Source of the DNA: Eubacteriales bacterium
GTDB lineage: Bacteria > Bacillota > Clostridia > Oscillospirales > CAG-272
DNA: 64,000 bases
Assembly (NCBI GenBank): GCA_045605175.1
Contig: JAZUPL010000095.1
Coordinates: 5,509-69,508, forward strand
Direction: 5' to 3'
The first letter of the stretch is position 1. Each line of letters begins with the position of its first letter. A program made the translations under genes and the position numbers. The notes below the pieces were generated by a model that searched no databases, had not been told where the DNA came from, and worked only from the letters and a program-made list of their open reading frames with translations. This document shows, piece after piece, positions 29,898 to 38,352 of the stretch.

Positions 29898-29934
29898 TAA
29901 AGTCACATACAAAAAGAAAAAGATGTGCTATAAT
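29893..29934 (+). promoter_or_regulatory. dfx promoter: TGTGA-N5-TCACA palindrome plus extended -10, overlapping the trxB stop codon
   Basis: TGTGAtaaagTCACA (29893-29907; the trxB TGA is 29895-29897), 21 nt, then TGcTATAAT (hexamer 29929-29934). Confidence 0.6.
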
Positions 29935-29999
29935 GATATCAGAAAACGGCGAGAGCCGAAGCAAAAAACAACAAAAACAATAAATAGGAGAATTTTACA

Positions 30000-30380
30000 A
30001 TGAAAGAAACAAAGTTTTATATCTGTGAGAAGTGTGGCAATTTGGTAGGCGTTATCAATGCATCGGGTGTACCGATGAAGTGCTGTGGTCAGAACATGAC
30101 CGCCCTCGTTCCCGGTGTGGTAGAGGCAAGCCACGAAAAGCATATCCCCGTAGTCGAAATAGACGGCGATAGAGTAAAGGTTTCGGTAGGCTCGGTTATT
30201 CACCCCATGTCAGAGGAGCACAGCATTCTCTGGATTTATCTTGAAACCGACAAGGGCGGCCATAGATATTCGCTTAACCCCGATGACGCTCCCGTGGCAG
30301 AGTTCATTCTCGGTGACGAGAAACCCCTCGCCGTATATGCGTATTGCAACCTTCACGGCCTGTGGAAAGCAGAAATTTAA
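30000..30380 (+). CDS. dfx: Desulfoferrodoxin (2Fe superoxide reductase)
   Basis: 126 aa. Centre I cysteines are at positions 9, 12, 28 and 29 (CEKC...CC). The C-terminal SOR domain has His ligands. Confidence 0.9.
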   Translation: MKETKFYICEKCGNLVGVINASGVPMKCCGQNMTALVPGVVEASHEKHIPVVEIDGDRVKVSVGSVIHPMSEEHSILWIYLETDKGGHRYSLNPDDAPVAEFILGDEKPLAVYAYCNLHGLWKAEI

Positions 30381-30432
30381 GGTATAATTTACTTTGAAAC
30401 CATAACAATACATACTAAAAAGGAGAAGTGAA

Positions 30433-30942
30433 ATGGAAACACGCGTTCGTGATTTATTGAATCAGCAAATCAACAAGGAGTTTTACTCCGCATATCTTTA
30501 TCTTGAATTTTCCAACTATTTTGAAAGAGTAGGCCTTGACGGCTTTGCAAACTGGTACCTTATTCAGGCGCAGGAGGAAAGGGATCACGCGATGCTCTTC
30601 TACCGCTATTTGCAAAACGAGAGCCAAACGGTAACTCTTGAGGCAATAGAAAAGCCCGAAAAGGAAATAAACACCCATATGGACGTTCTCCAGGCAGGAC
30701 TTGAGCACGAGAAGTACGTAACCTCGCTTATAAACGATATTTATGCTGCGGCGTACGACGTTCGCGACTTCCGTACCATGCAATTCCTCGACTGGTTTGT
30801 AAAGGAACAGGGCGAAGAGGAAACCAACGCAAACGACCTTATTACCAAGATGGAGCTGTTCGGCTCCGATCCCAAGAGCCTCTATATGCTCAACCAGGAA
30901 CTTTTGGCGAGAGTATATACAGCCCCCTCGCTCGTATTGTAA
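30433..30942 (+). CDS. ftn: Non-haem ferritin
   Basis: 169 aa. Ferroxidase-centre pattern (EFYSAYLYLEF...QAQEERDHA). Confidence 0.9.
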   Translation: METRVRDLLNQQINKEFYSAYLYLEFSNYFERVGLDGFANWYLIQAQEERDHAMLFYRYLQNESQTVTLEAIEKPEKEINTHMDVLQAGLEHEKYVTSLINDIYAAAYDVRDFRTMQFLDWFVKEQGEEETNANDLITKMELFGSDPKSLYMLNQELLARVYTAPSLVL

Positions 30943-31013
30943 TCGCAAAAACTCAACACGGGTAAGGGTTAAAGCCCCTAAAAGTCAAGCGCAAGGCTTG
31001 AAAAACCCGAACC

Positions 31014-31042
31014 AAAAATCCCCCACAAAATGGGGGATTTTT
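31014..31042 (+). terminator. Intrinsic terminator after ferritin
   Basis: Stem AAATCCCCCA/TGGGGGATTT followed by a T-tract. Confidence 0.75.
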
Positions 31043-31235
31043 CATATTTTGCAAACAAAAGCATTCATTTTGCAAGCATCTTTCTCTGTTGATAATCTCG
31101 AAGAAACATATCACTTTGGCACTAAAACATAATAATACTTGAAAAAATGGGATTTTTGTGATATAATAACTGTATCAAAATATTTTGGAATTTTTTTTGC
31201 CAAATCGAGCGAGTAAAACAAGGAAAGAGGAATAT

Positions 31236-31952
31236 ATGAGATATTTAACATCAGAGGAAACAGACGGCCTTTGCCGCTTCTTGGTCGAGGATTGTGACGA
31301 GGCGACAGGCATTGAAATCCATGTCGGCAGAGATTATAGACTCGGCTACGAAGAGCCTTACAGAATAGATAGATATTCGCTAAACGACCTTTCCTCGGGA
31401 GATTTTATCTCTGTGGAGGATGCGACACTCATCGCTCTGGTGGGGGACAGGCTTTACTACAAAAACAAGTGGGGAAACGTCTATTCCACGAGTACAGAAT
31501 ACACCTATAAAGGGGTTGATAGATCGACGGGAGATTACCTTTATATACGGGCTATGGTTACATATAGGACGGACATTGTCACCCTGCCAAAGGAGGAAAT
31601 TATCCCCCTTGACCGTTTTCTTGTGCGTGGCAACGAGAGGGTTGTCGGCGTAAAACTTATTCGGGGCTGCCGCGGTATAGGAGGCTCAAACACCTCGGGA
31701 TTTAGTGGATTTGAGGATGGAGAGAGAATATATACTGCCGAGCAACTTGACGGGCGGGATATTATATATGTCGAGGGAGTCGAAATGTGCGCTCTTATAA
31801 ATGACGTGCTTTATTTCAGATATACCAAACGAAATGGCGAAAAAAACATATTCACCCTTAATTACAGAGAGCGGGAATATAACGCCATAGGCGACGGCAT
31901 AGCCTACGATACGGTAAGCGCAACAAAGGTAGTGCTTATGTTGAAGGCATAA
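31236..31952 (+). CDS. Hypothetical protein built from two tandem homologous halves of about 110 aa
   Basis: ATG 31236 is preceded by GGAAAGAGG. The halves align: L[TP]xEE..L.RFLV ... D[FI]I[SY]VE[DG]...AL..D.LY[YF]. No family recognised. Confidence 0.7.
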   Translation: MRYLTSEETDGLCRFLVEDCDEATGIEIHVGRDYRLGYEEPYRIDRYSLNDLSSGDFISVEDATLIALVGDRLYYKNKWGNVYSTSTEYTYKGVDRSTGDYLYIRAMVTYRTDIVTLPKEEIIPLDRFLVRGNERVVGVKLIRGCRGIGGSNTSGFSGFEDGERIYTAEQLDGRDIIYVEGVEMCALINDVLYFRYTKRNGEKNIFTLNYREREYNAIGDGIAYDTVSATKVVLMLKA

Positions 31953-32062
31953 GGGTTTTGCGAACAACTTTACTTATTTCAAGCGTATTATGACAAAATT
32001 TGCTTGTATTTAGAAAATTTAGTGATACAATAAAACAAAGATTACTCGAATGGGGGTAAAAT

Positions 32063-33418
32063 ATGAAAATAGTAATTATCGGTCTTGGCACTATTGGAAA
32101 GACCATACTCAAAAATTTGTCGCATATGGGGCACAATGTTACGATTATCGATGAGGATAAGGATAAGGTCGAGTCGCTTATTGAAAAATACGACGTTTCG
32201 GGCGTAGTTGGAAATGGCGCTTGCCTTGACATACAGAAGGAAGCAGGTGTTAGGGACGCAAAACTCGTTATTGCCCTGACTAACAGCGACGAGATGAACG
32301 TGTTTGCCTGCCTTGTTGCGAAAAAGATTGGCGTTAAAAATACTATTGCCCGTGTTAGAAATCCCGATTACAGAAAACAGATAATGGAGATGAAGGACGA
32401 ACTCGGAATTTCCATGATAGTAAATCCTGAGCAGGATACCGCTGCTGAAATTTTCAACCTGATAAACCTGCCATCTATCGCACAGGTGGAGAATTTCGCA
32501 GAGGGAAAGGTGTTGCTTGTCGAGATTATAGCAGAGAGAGATTGTACTCTTGTCGGCGAGAGCCTTATATCAATCGGTAAAAAACTGAAAAACAAGGTGC
32601 TTATCTGCGCGGTAGAAAGAGGAGGGGAAATCACTATCCCAAGCGGAAATTTCGTTATCGGAATAGGCGACCATATTCATCTTACCGCCGATGCAAAATC
32701 CCTGCGCGACTTTTTAGCAGAGGTAAATCTTATCAAATCCCCGCTTAAAAACATTATGATTGTGGGAGGAAGCAAGGTAGGATATTATCTTGCCGACGCA
32801 CTCTCGAAGAAAAAATGCAAGGTAAAACTTATTGAGAGTGATAGAGCCACAGCCGAAGAATTGGCGGATGCCCTACCCCGTGTTACGGTAATTTACGGAA
32901 ACGGCACAAGACACGACCTGCTTATCGAGGAGGGAATTGAGGCGATGGACGCCTTCGTTGCTCTTACCGATATAGATGAAGAAAACATGGTCGTTTCGAT
33001 GTTTGCCAATAAAATGCAGGTAAGAAAGACCATTACTCAAATTAAGAGCGACGACTTAAGCGGTATGCTCGACGAACTTGGGATTCATAACAATGTATCG
33101 CCTAAGAATATCGTGGCAGACAGAATTATAAGTTATATCCGTGCTATGGCAAATTCTCGCGGAAGTAACGTGCTTACACTTTATAGATTGGTAAATGATC
33201 AGGTTGAGGCACTCGAATTCCACGCCAAGAAGCAGGCACGCATATACGACAAACCCCTCAAGGATCTTAAACTCAAGGATAATTGCCTTGTTGCCTGTAT
33301 CATTCGTGAAAACGAGGTTATTATCCCCGGTGGTAATGACTGTATTAAACTCGGAGATAACGTGATAGTCGTCACCACACACAAGAACTTTGATGATTTG
33401 ACGGATATTCTCGTATAA
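32063..33418 (+). CDS. trkA: Trk potassium uptake system, NAD-binding subunit (two RCK domains)
   Basis: Two Rossmann GxGxxG motifs (IIGLGTIGK, IVGGSKVGY). 451 aa. Followed by trkH. Confidence 0.9.
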   Translation: MKIVIIGLGTIGKTILKNLSHMGHNVTIIDEDKDKVESLIEKYDVSGVVGNGACLDIQKEAGVRDAKLVIALTNSDEMNVFACLVAKKIGVKNTIARVRNPDYRKQIMEMKDELGISMIVNPEQDTAAEIFNLINLPSIAQVENFAEGKVLLVEIIAERDCTLVGESLISIGKKLKNKVLICAVERGGEITIPSGNFVIGIGDHIHLTADAKSLRDFLAEVNLIKSPLKNIMIVGGSKVGYYLADALSKKKCKVKLIESDRATAEELADALPRVTVIYGNGTRHDLLIEEGIEAMDAFVALTDIDEENMVVSMFANKMQVRKTITQIKSDDLSGMLDELGIHNNVSPKNIVADRIISYIRAMANSRGSNVLTLYRLVNDQVEALEFHAKKQARIYDKPLKDLKLKDNCLVACIIRENEVIIPGGNDCIKLGDNVIVVTTHKNFDDLTDILV

Positions 33419-33430
33419 GGCGGAGAAAAA

Positions 33431-34972
33431 ATGAATTATAGAAAACTCGGAAAAATACTCGGCAAGATTATGCTGCTTGAAGCCGTATTGATGATAGCAC
33501 CACTTGTCGTTGCCTTTATATATAAAGAGGGGTTAAGAAATGTTCTTGCATTCTTAATACCTATCCTTTTGTTAATTGGACTGGGCGTGCTTCTGCAACG
33601 TCCGAAAATCGAAAGAGATACCCTGTATCAAAAGGAAGGCTTTGCACTAACCGCACTCGTGTGGATTGTTATGACGCTTTTTGGGGCGATACCGTTCGTG
33701 ATAAACGGTGAAATACCAAACTACGTTGATGCATGGTTTGAAATCATGTCGGGCTTTACGACGACGGGAGCAAGCATTGTTACCGATATCACCGCACTTT
33801 CCCATTCCTCGTTATTTTGGAGAAGTTTCTCGCATTGGATAGGCGGTATGGGAATACTCGTGTTCGTTTTGATATTTATTCCCGAGAGCGACGACGGCTC
33901 GTCGATGCATCTTCTTCGTGCAGAAAGCCCTGGGCCTGTGGTGGGTAAAATAGTTTCAAAGATGAAGGTAACGACGAGAATACTTTACCTTATCTATCTT
34001 GGAATGACGGTGCTTGAATTTATCATTTTAATGTTTGACAAGCCTATTGCGGGATATGAGAACGAGCAAGTATTCTTTAGTCTTCTTGCGAGTTTTGGCT
34101 GTGCCGGCACCGGTGGATTTGGCTTTATCCCCGGCAGTATGGAACTATTCAACCCCTTCTCGCAGTATGTAATGGCGATATTCCTAATATTCTTTGGAAT
34201 CAATTTCAGTTTATACTATCTGATACTCATAGGAAATGTTAAAGCGGTGCTCAAAAGCGAGGAGTTCAAGACATATTTTGCTATCATCGGTGCAGCAGTT
34301 TTGTTTGTGTTTATTAGCCTTGTATGGCGGTTTGATTCATTCCCGCAGGAGTACACTTTGGAGGAGGCTTTTAGGCACTCGTTGTTCCAAGTAGCATCAC
34401 TAATGACAACGGCAGGCTTTACTACCACCGACTTTAATGTCTGGCCTATGCTTGCCACCACAACCCTCGTCGTCGTTATGTTTATCGGAGGTATGGCAGG
34501 CTCGACGGCGGGAGGCATGAAACTCTCAAGAATTATTATGGCGATAAAGGGCGTATTTATAAACGTGAGAAAACTAATAAATCCCCGATACGTACCAAAA
34601 GCAAAGTTTGAGGGCAAGAGCCTTGAAGAAAAGACTATCAACAATGTATTTGCGTTTATAACGTTGTATTTCTTCATACTGATAGCGGCGGTATTTTTGC
34701 TGTCCTTTGATCCAATAAACGGAGAGGTTATTGCAGTCACCTCTGACGCAGGTACTTATGAGGTAGAGCACGGATTCTTCTCTAATTTCTCGGCGGCTCT
34801 TGCCTGTATATCCAATATAGGGCCGGGATTTGAGGCAGTAGGCCCGTATGCTTGTTATGCAGGATTTAGTGCATTCTCCAAGATTATTCTGACGATCATA
34901 ATGATGCTCGGCAGACTTGAAATTCTGCCCGTGTTGATTTTGTTTAGCCCCAAAACCTGGAAAAAAACCTGA
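33431..34972 (+). CDS. trkH: Trk/Ktr-type potassium transporter membrane subunit
   Basis: 513-aa polytopic protein with repeated selectivity-filter-like TTTG/TTAGF segments. Confidence 0.9.
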   Translation: MNYRKLGKILGKIMLLEAVLMIAPLVVAFIYKEGLRNVLAFLIPILLLIGLGVLLQRPKIERDTLYQKEGFALTALVWIVMTLFGAIPFVINGEIPNYVDAWFEIMSGFTTTGASIVTDITALSHSSLFWRSFSHWIGGMGILVFVLIFIPESDDGSSMHLLRAESPGPVVGKIVSKMKVTTRILYLIYLGMTVLEFIILMFDKPIAGYENEQVFFSLLASFGCAGTGGFGFIPGSMELFNPFSQYVMAIFLIFFGINFSLYYLILIGNVKAVLKSEEFKTYFAIIGAAVLFVFISLVWRFDSFPQEYTLEEAFRHSLFQVASLMTTAGFTTTDFNVWPMLATTTLVVVMFIGGMAGSTAGGMKLSRIIMAIKGVFINVRKLINPRYVPKAKFEGKSLEEKTINNVFAFITLYFFILIAAVFLLSFDPINGEVIAVTSDAGTYEVEHGFFSNFSAALACISNIGPGFEAVGPYACYAGFSAFSKIILTIIMMLGRLEILPVLILFSPKTWKKT

Positions 34973-35068
34973 TAGTTAAAAGACAAGGGCATAACAGTCC
35001 AAGAGATATAGTTTTAAGCGATTTGATTGACTTTCGGAGGAAAAAAACGAAGGGTTTAGGAGTGAAAA

Positions 35069-35341
35069 ATGGAACTGCTTGGTGAGATATTGTTTGAGAT
35101 ATATGGGGAACTGATGTTTCTTATTATACCCGAAAAGCGGCTTGACAAGAAGTATGTCATTATTACCAAGATTATTGCCGTCTTGGTTTTCATAGGGGTT
35201 ATAGCCCTTGCCTTTTGGGGTATTGCTCTTATATCGGACAACAACCCGATAGGAATTCTTCCTCTTTCGATAGCGGTGGTTATCTCTTTGGCACAAATTA
35301 TTGCAGGAATAGTGCTATACAAAAAGCACCATCTAAAATAG
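35069..35341 (+). CDS. Small two-TM membrane protein (hypothetical)
   Basis: 90-aa ORF with two hydrophobic helices, followed by a terminator. No family recognised. Confidence 0.5.
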   Translation: MELLGEILFEIYGELMFLIIPEKRLDKKYVIITKIIAVLVFIGVIALAFWGIALISDNNPIGILPLSIAVVISLAQIIAGIVLYKKHHLK

Positions 35342-35354
35342 AATAAAAGCACAG

Positions 35355-35391
35355 CAGGGGCGAAAGGCTAAAATATCTCGCTCCTGTTTTT
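35355..35391 (+). terminator. Intrinsic terminator
   Basis: 9-bp stem CAGGGGCGA/TCGCTCCTG (one G-U pair) followed by TTTTT. Confidence 0.6.
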
Positions 35392-35438
35392 ATTATTCAA
35401 TTCTAAGGTAGAGAGGCGTCTGGTATTAACCGTCACAA

Positions 35439-35507
35439 ACCGATAAGACACGGATAAAGACCGAATAGACGAAAAAAGAGATTTTTTTGCATTTTGCTTG
35501 CTATAAT
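35439..35507 (+). promoter_or_regulatory. Candidate LytTR-dependent promoter of the ABC/LytTR operon
   Basis: Direct repeats ACCGATAAGAC (35439-35449) and ACCGAATAGAC (35460-35470) with a 21-nt period. There is a poor -35 and then TGcTATAAT (hexamer 35502-35507). Confidence 0.4.
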
Positions 35508-35537
35508 AAAGCCGTAAAACAAACGGAGGAAATACAA

Positions 35538-36266
35538 ATGCAAGCAATTAAAACCACCTCACTTGTAAAACGCTATAAAAATCTCACAGCCGTAGATAAT
35601 TTTAATTTAGAAATTGAAAGAGGCGAATTATTCTCTCTGCTTGGTGTAAATGGGGCAGGGAAAACTACAACTATTAAAATGCTTTCTTGCCTGACAAGCC
35701 CCGACGGAGGAGATGCCACGGTAGGTGGGTATAGTATTATAAGTGAGCCTAAAATGGTAAAACGGCTAATTGGCGTATCACCGCAGGAAACGGCAGTTGC
35801 GCCTGGACTTTCGGTAAGAGAAAATCTTGAACTGATGACGGGGATTTACGGCTTTTCAAGGGAAAGGGCAGAGGAAAAAATAAAAGAACTTTCCGAGGCT
35901 TTCGCCTTGGGGAGTGTGATGAATACAAAGGCAGGAAAACTCTCAGGCGGATACGGGCGGCGTGTCAGTATTGCGATGGCTTTGATAGGCGAGCCGCAAA
36001 TTCTGTTTTTAGATGAACCTACCCTCGGTCTTGACGTTATTGCAAGGCAGGAACTTTGGGAAACTATAAATTCGTTAAAGGGTAGGGTGACGATTATCCT
36101 GACTACGCACTATATGGAAGAAGCAGAGGCTCTTTCCGATCGTGTAGGTATTATGAAGGATGGAAAACTTCTCGTGTCGGGAACGGTAGAGGAACTTAAA
36201 TCATTGGCAGGGAAAGAGGATTTTGAAGACGCGTTCATTTCTATCGTGAAGGAGGGTGCGATATGA
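35538..36266 (+). CDS. ABC transporter ATP-binding protein
   Basis: Walker A GVNGAGKTT, signature LSGGYGRRV, Walker B LFLDEPT. Confidence 0.9.
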   Translation: MQAIKTTSLVKRYKNLTAVDNFNLEIERGELFSLLGVNGAGKTTTIKMLSCLTSPDGGDATVGGYSIISEPKMVKRLIGVSPQETAVAPGLSVRENLELMTGIYGFSRERAEEKIKELSEAFALGSVMNTKAGKLSGGYGRRVSIAMALIGEPQILFLDEPTLGLDVIARQELWETINSLKGRVTIILTTHYMEEAEALSDRVGIMKDGKLLVSGTVEELKSLAGKEDFEDAFISIVKEGAI

Positions 36267-36994
36267 GAATGATGACTTTTGCAAAAAGGTGTATGAAAGA
36301 GATTTTGCGTGATCCTATAAACATTGGTTTTGGTTTAGGCTTCCCATTGGTTTTACTGTTGCTTTTGAGCGCCTTGCAGGCAAATATTCCCGTGAGTCTG
36401 TTTGAAATAAACACCTTGACTCCTGGTATTACCGTGTTTGGCTTATCCTTTATGACACTGTTTTCGGCGACGCTTGTAGCCAAAGACCGTGAGAGTGCTT
36501 TTTTACAAAGACTCTATACCACGCCCCTTACGGGATTTGATTTTATAATGGGATATATTCTTCCCCTTGTGCCTATCGCTCTTGCACAGGTGACGGTCTG
36601 CTATCTGGTTGCTATCCCCTTGGGTTTGAATGTCGGTGTGAATATCATTTATGCCGTTATTGGTATAATTCCTATGGCGATATTCAACATTTCTCTTGGG
36701 CTTTTGTGTGGAAGTCTTTTGGGCGTTAAGCAGGTTGGGGGAATTTGCGGAGCGTTGCTTACCAATCTGTCTGCTTGGCTTTCGGGAGTCTGGTTTGACT
36801 TAAATCTGGTGGGCGGTTTCTTTGAAAAAACAGCCAACCTTTTGCCCTTTGTTCATGCGGTGGAGTTTGAAAAGGCATTGTTTAACCTTGATTTTGCCTC
36901 GGCATGGGAGCATATTCTACCGATAATTATTTACGCCGTGGTTACGGTGGTGTTTGCCGTATTCTGCTTTTACAGACAAATGAAAAAACAGTAA
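36263..36994 (+). CDS. ABC-2-type transporter permease
   Basis: 243-aa six-TM protein. Its start overlaps the ATPase stop by 4 nt. Confidence 0.8.
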   Translation: MRMMTFAKRCMKEILRDPINIGFGLGFPLVLLLLLSALQANIPVSLFEINTLTPGITVFGLSFMTLFSATLVAKDRESAFLQRLYTTPLTGFDFIMGYILPLVPIALAQVTVCYLVAIPLGLNVGVNIIYAVIGIIPMAIFNISLGLLCGSLLGVKQVGGICGALLTNLSAWLSGVWFDLNLVGGFFEKTANLLPFVHAVEFEKALFNLDFASAWEHILPIIIYAVVTVVFAVFCFYRQMKKQ

Positions 36995-37003
36995 GGATAA
37001 AAA

Positions 37004-37447
37004 ATGAAGTACAAACTTATTATTGACAAGGACGCCGAGGAGGAAATAATAGCGGTTGTCCACGCGCCTTCCTCTCTGACACAAAAGATAGAAGACCTCG
37101 TGTGCAGTTTTTCCGGTACGGAGTATATTGTGGGATACCGAGAGGAAGAAATGCGAAAACTCTTCTTCTCGGAAATAGAGTGCATTACCATTATTGATAG
37201 AAGGGTAATTGCCATTGACGAAAAGGGCTCTCGCTATTTGCTCAAGGACAGGCTTCGCGATTTGGAGGAGATTTTGCCCTCCTATTTTATCCGAATAAAC
37301 AAATCCACCCTCGCCAACGAGAGCAGCATTCTGCGTTTTGACGCCGTGTTTAGCGGTGGTGTAGATGCGATTTTTAAGTGTGGCTATCGGGAATATGTTT
37401 CAAGACGGCGCTTTGCAGAAATCAGAAGGAGGTATGAGGGAATATGA
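37004..37447 (+). CDS. Stand-alone LytTR-domain DNA-binding protein (no receiver domain)
   Basis: C-terminal LytTR pattern (YFIRINKSTLANESSILRF). 147 aa. Confidence 0.8.
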   Translation: MKYKLIIDKDAEEEIIAVVHAPSSLTQKIEDLVCSFSGTEYIVGYREEEMRKLFFSEIECITIIDRRVIAIDEKGSRYLLKDRLRDLEEILPSYFIRINKSTLANESSILRFDAVFSGGVDAIFKCGYREYVSRRRFAEIRRRYEGI

Positions 37448-37878
37448 AAAGGTTTATTTGCGATTTTCTTCGTCGCGGTCTTGTCGCCTGCGGCTTTGGG
37501 CCTGTTATATTGGCGGTGGTTTATCTGGTTTTGTATTATACCGGCGTGGTGCAGACGGTTAGTGTAATAGAGGTATGCGTAGGGATTTTTTCCCTGACCG
37601 TTCTCGCCTTTGTTGCCGGGGGATTAAACGCCATATATCAAATAGAGAGGCTACCCCTTATGCTGTCGATTTTTATTCACGGTGTGGTATTATATTTCTG
37701 TTATCTCGCGACCTATATAGTAAACGGTTGGTTAGAGTGGGGAGTAATACCTATCATAGTTTTTTCGGCAATTTTTGTGGTTGGGTATATTGTAATTTGG
37801 GTTATCGTCTATTCAATAGTAAAAAGGAATACCGAAAAACTCAACGAAGCCTTTAACAAAAAAAGACAAAGTTCATAA
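37444..37878 (+). CDS. Four-TM membrane protein (DUF3021-like), partner of the LytTR protein
   Basis: Overlaps the LytTR stop by 4 nt. 144 aa with four hydrophobic helices. Confidence 0.75.
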   Translation: MKRFICDFLRRGLVACGFGPVILAVVYLVLYYTGVVQTVSVIEVCVGIFSLTVLAFVAGGLNAIYQIERLPLMLSIFIHGVVLYFCYLATYIVNGWLEWGVIPIIVFSAIFVVGYIVIWVIVYSIVKRNTEKLNEAFNKKRQSS

Positions 37879-37887
37879 GCAAATAAG

Positions 37888-37919
37888 CAAAGCCCTCGCT
37901 CAAAAGAGCGAGGGCTTTG
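37888..37919. terminator. Stem-loop between convergent genes
   Basis: 14-bp perfect stem CAAAGCCCTCGCTC/GAGCGAGGGCTTTG with an AAAA loop. Confidence 0.6.
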
Positions 37920-37973
37920 TCCTGCCTAAGTCCTTACACCGAGAGAATGATCGAATGCAACCATATTAGTGCT

Positions 37974-38147
37974 TTAATTTTTATCCCCGCATAAACTCTC
38001 TCGTGCCGCAATGGTGGCAAGCGTGTCGCCAATCTGTACGAAAATGCTTGCAAGCAGGGCGATTTCGTCGAGCGAGAGGTTGCAGGCAAGGGCGTTGGAA
38101 AGTGCAGTTATCGCCCCCGTCAGTTCAAGAGATTTCTTCAAGTTCAT
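37974..38147 (-). CDS. Small hypothetical protein (57 aa; not in the ORF track because it is under 60 aa)
   Basis: My translation: MNLKKSLELTGAITALSNALACNLSLDEIALLASIFVQIGDTLATIAARESLCGDKN. The helical Ala/Leu-rich pattern resembles small clostridial proteins. No obvious SD. Confidence 0.4.
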   Translation of the reverse strand: MNLKKSLELTGAITALSNALACNLSLDEIALLASIFVQIGDTLATIAARESLCGDKN

Positions 38148-38310
38148 CGCATAATGGAATATTTATAAGGTAATTTTTTATATCAGGATATATACGGAGT
38201 ATGTGGCTGAGTAATTCCTTCATATAAACTTCGTGGCTGATTTCTAAAACAGCCTTTTCATATTGGTAGCCACGGTTTAGGGAGTGCTCGTTTTCGTTGC
38301 CTTTAGTCAT
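38125..38310 (-). CDS. Small hypothetical protein (61 aa)
   Basis: GGAG lies 7 nt upstream of ATG 38310. Overlaps the next small ORF by 23 nt in a different frame. Confidence 0.3.
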   Translation of the reverse strand: MTKGNENEHSLNRGYQYEKAVLEISHEVYMKELLSHILRIYPDIKNYLINIPLCDELEEIS

Positions 38311-38352
38311 GTTTTTCTCCTGTGGCGGCTTTTGTATCAGTATATGCCTTGA

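Noticed and set aside
31953-32062. Possible c-di-AMP (ydaO-type) riboswitch upstream of trkA
   Set aside because: The gap is about 110 nt and AT-rich, with no pseudo-twofold helices or conserved ACGR/CCGA elements that I could recognise.
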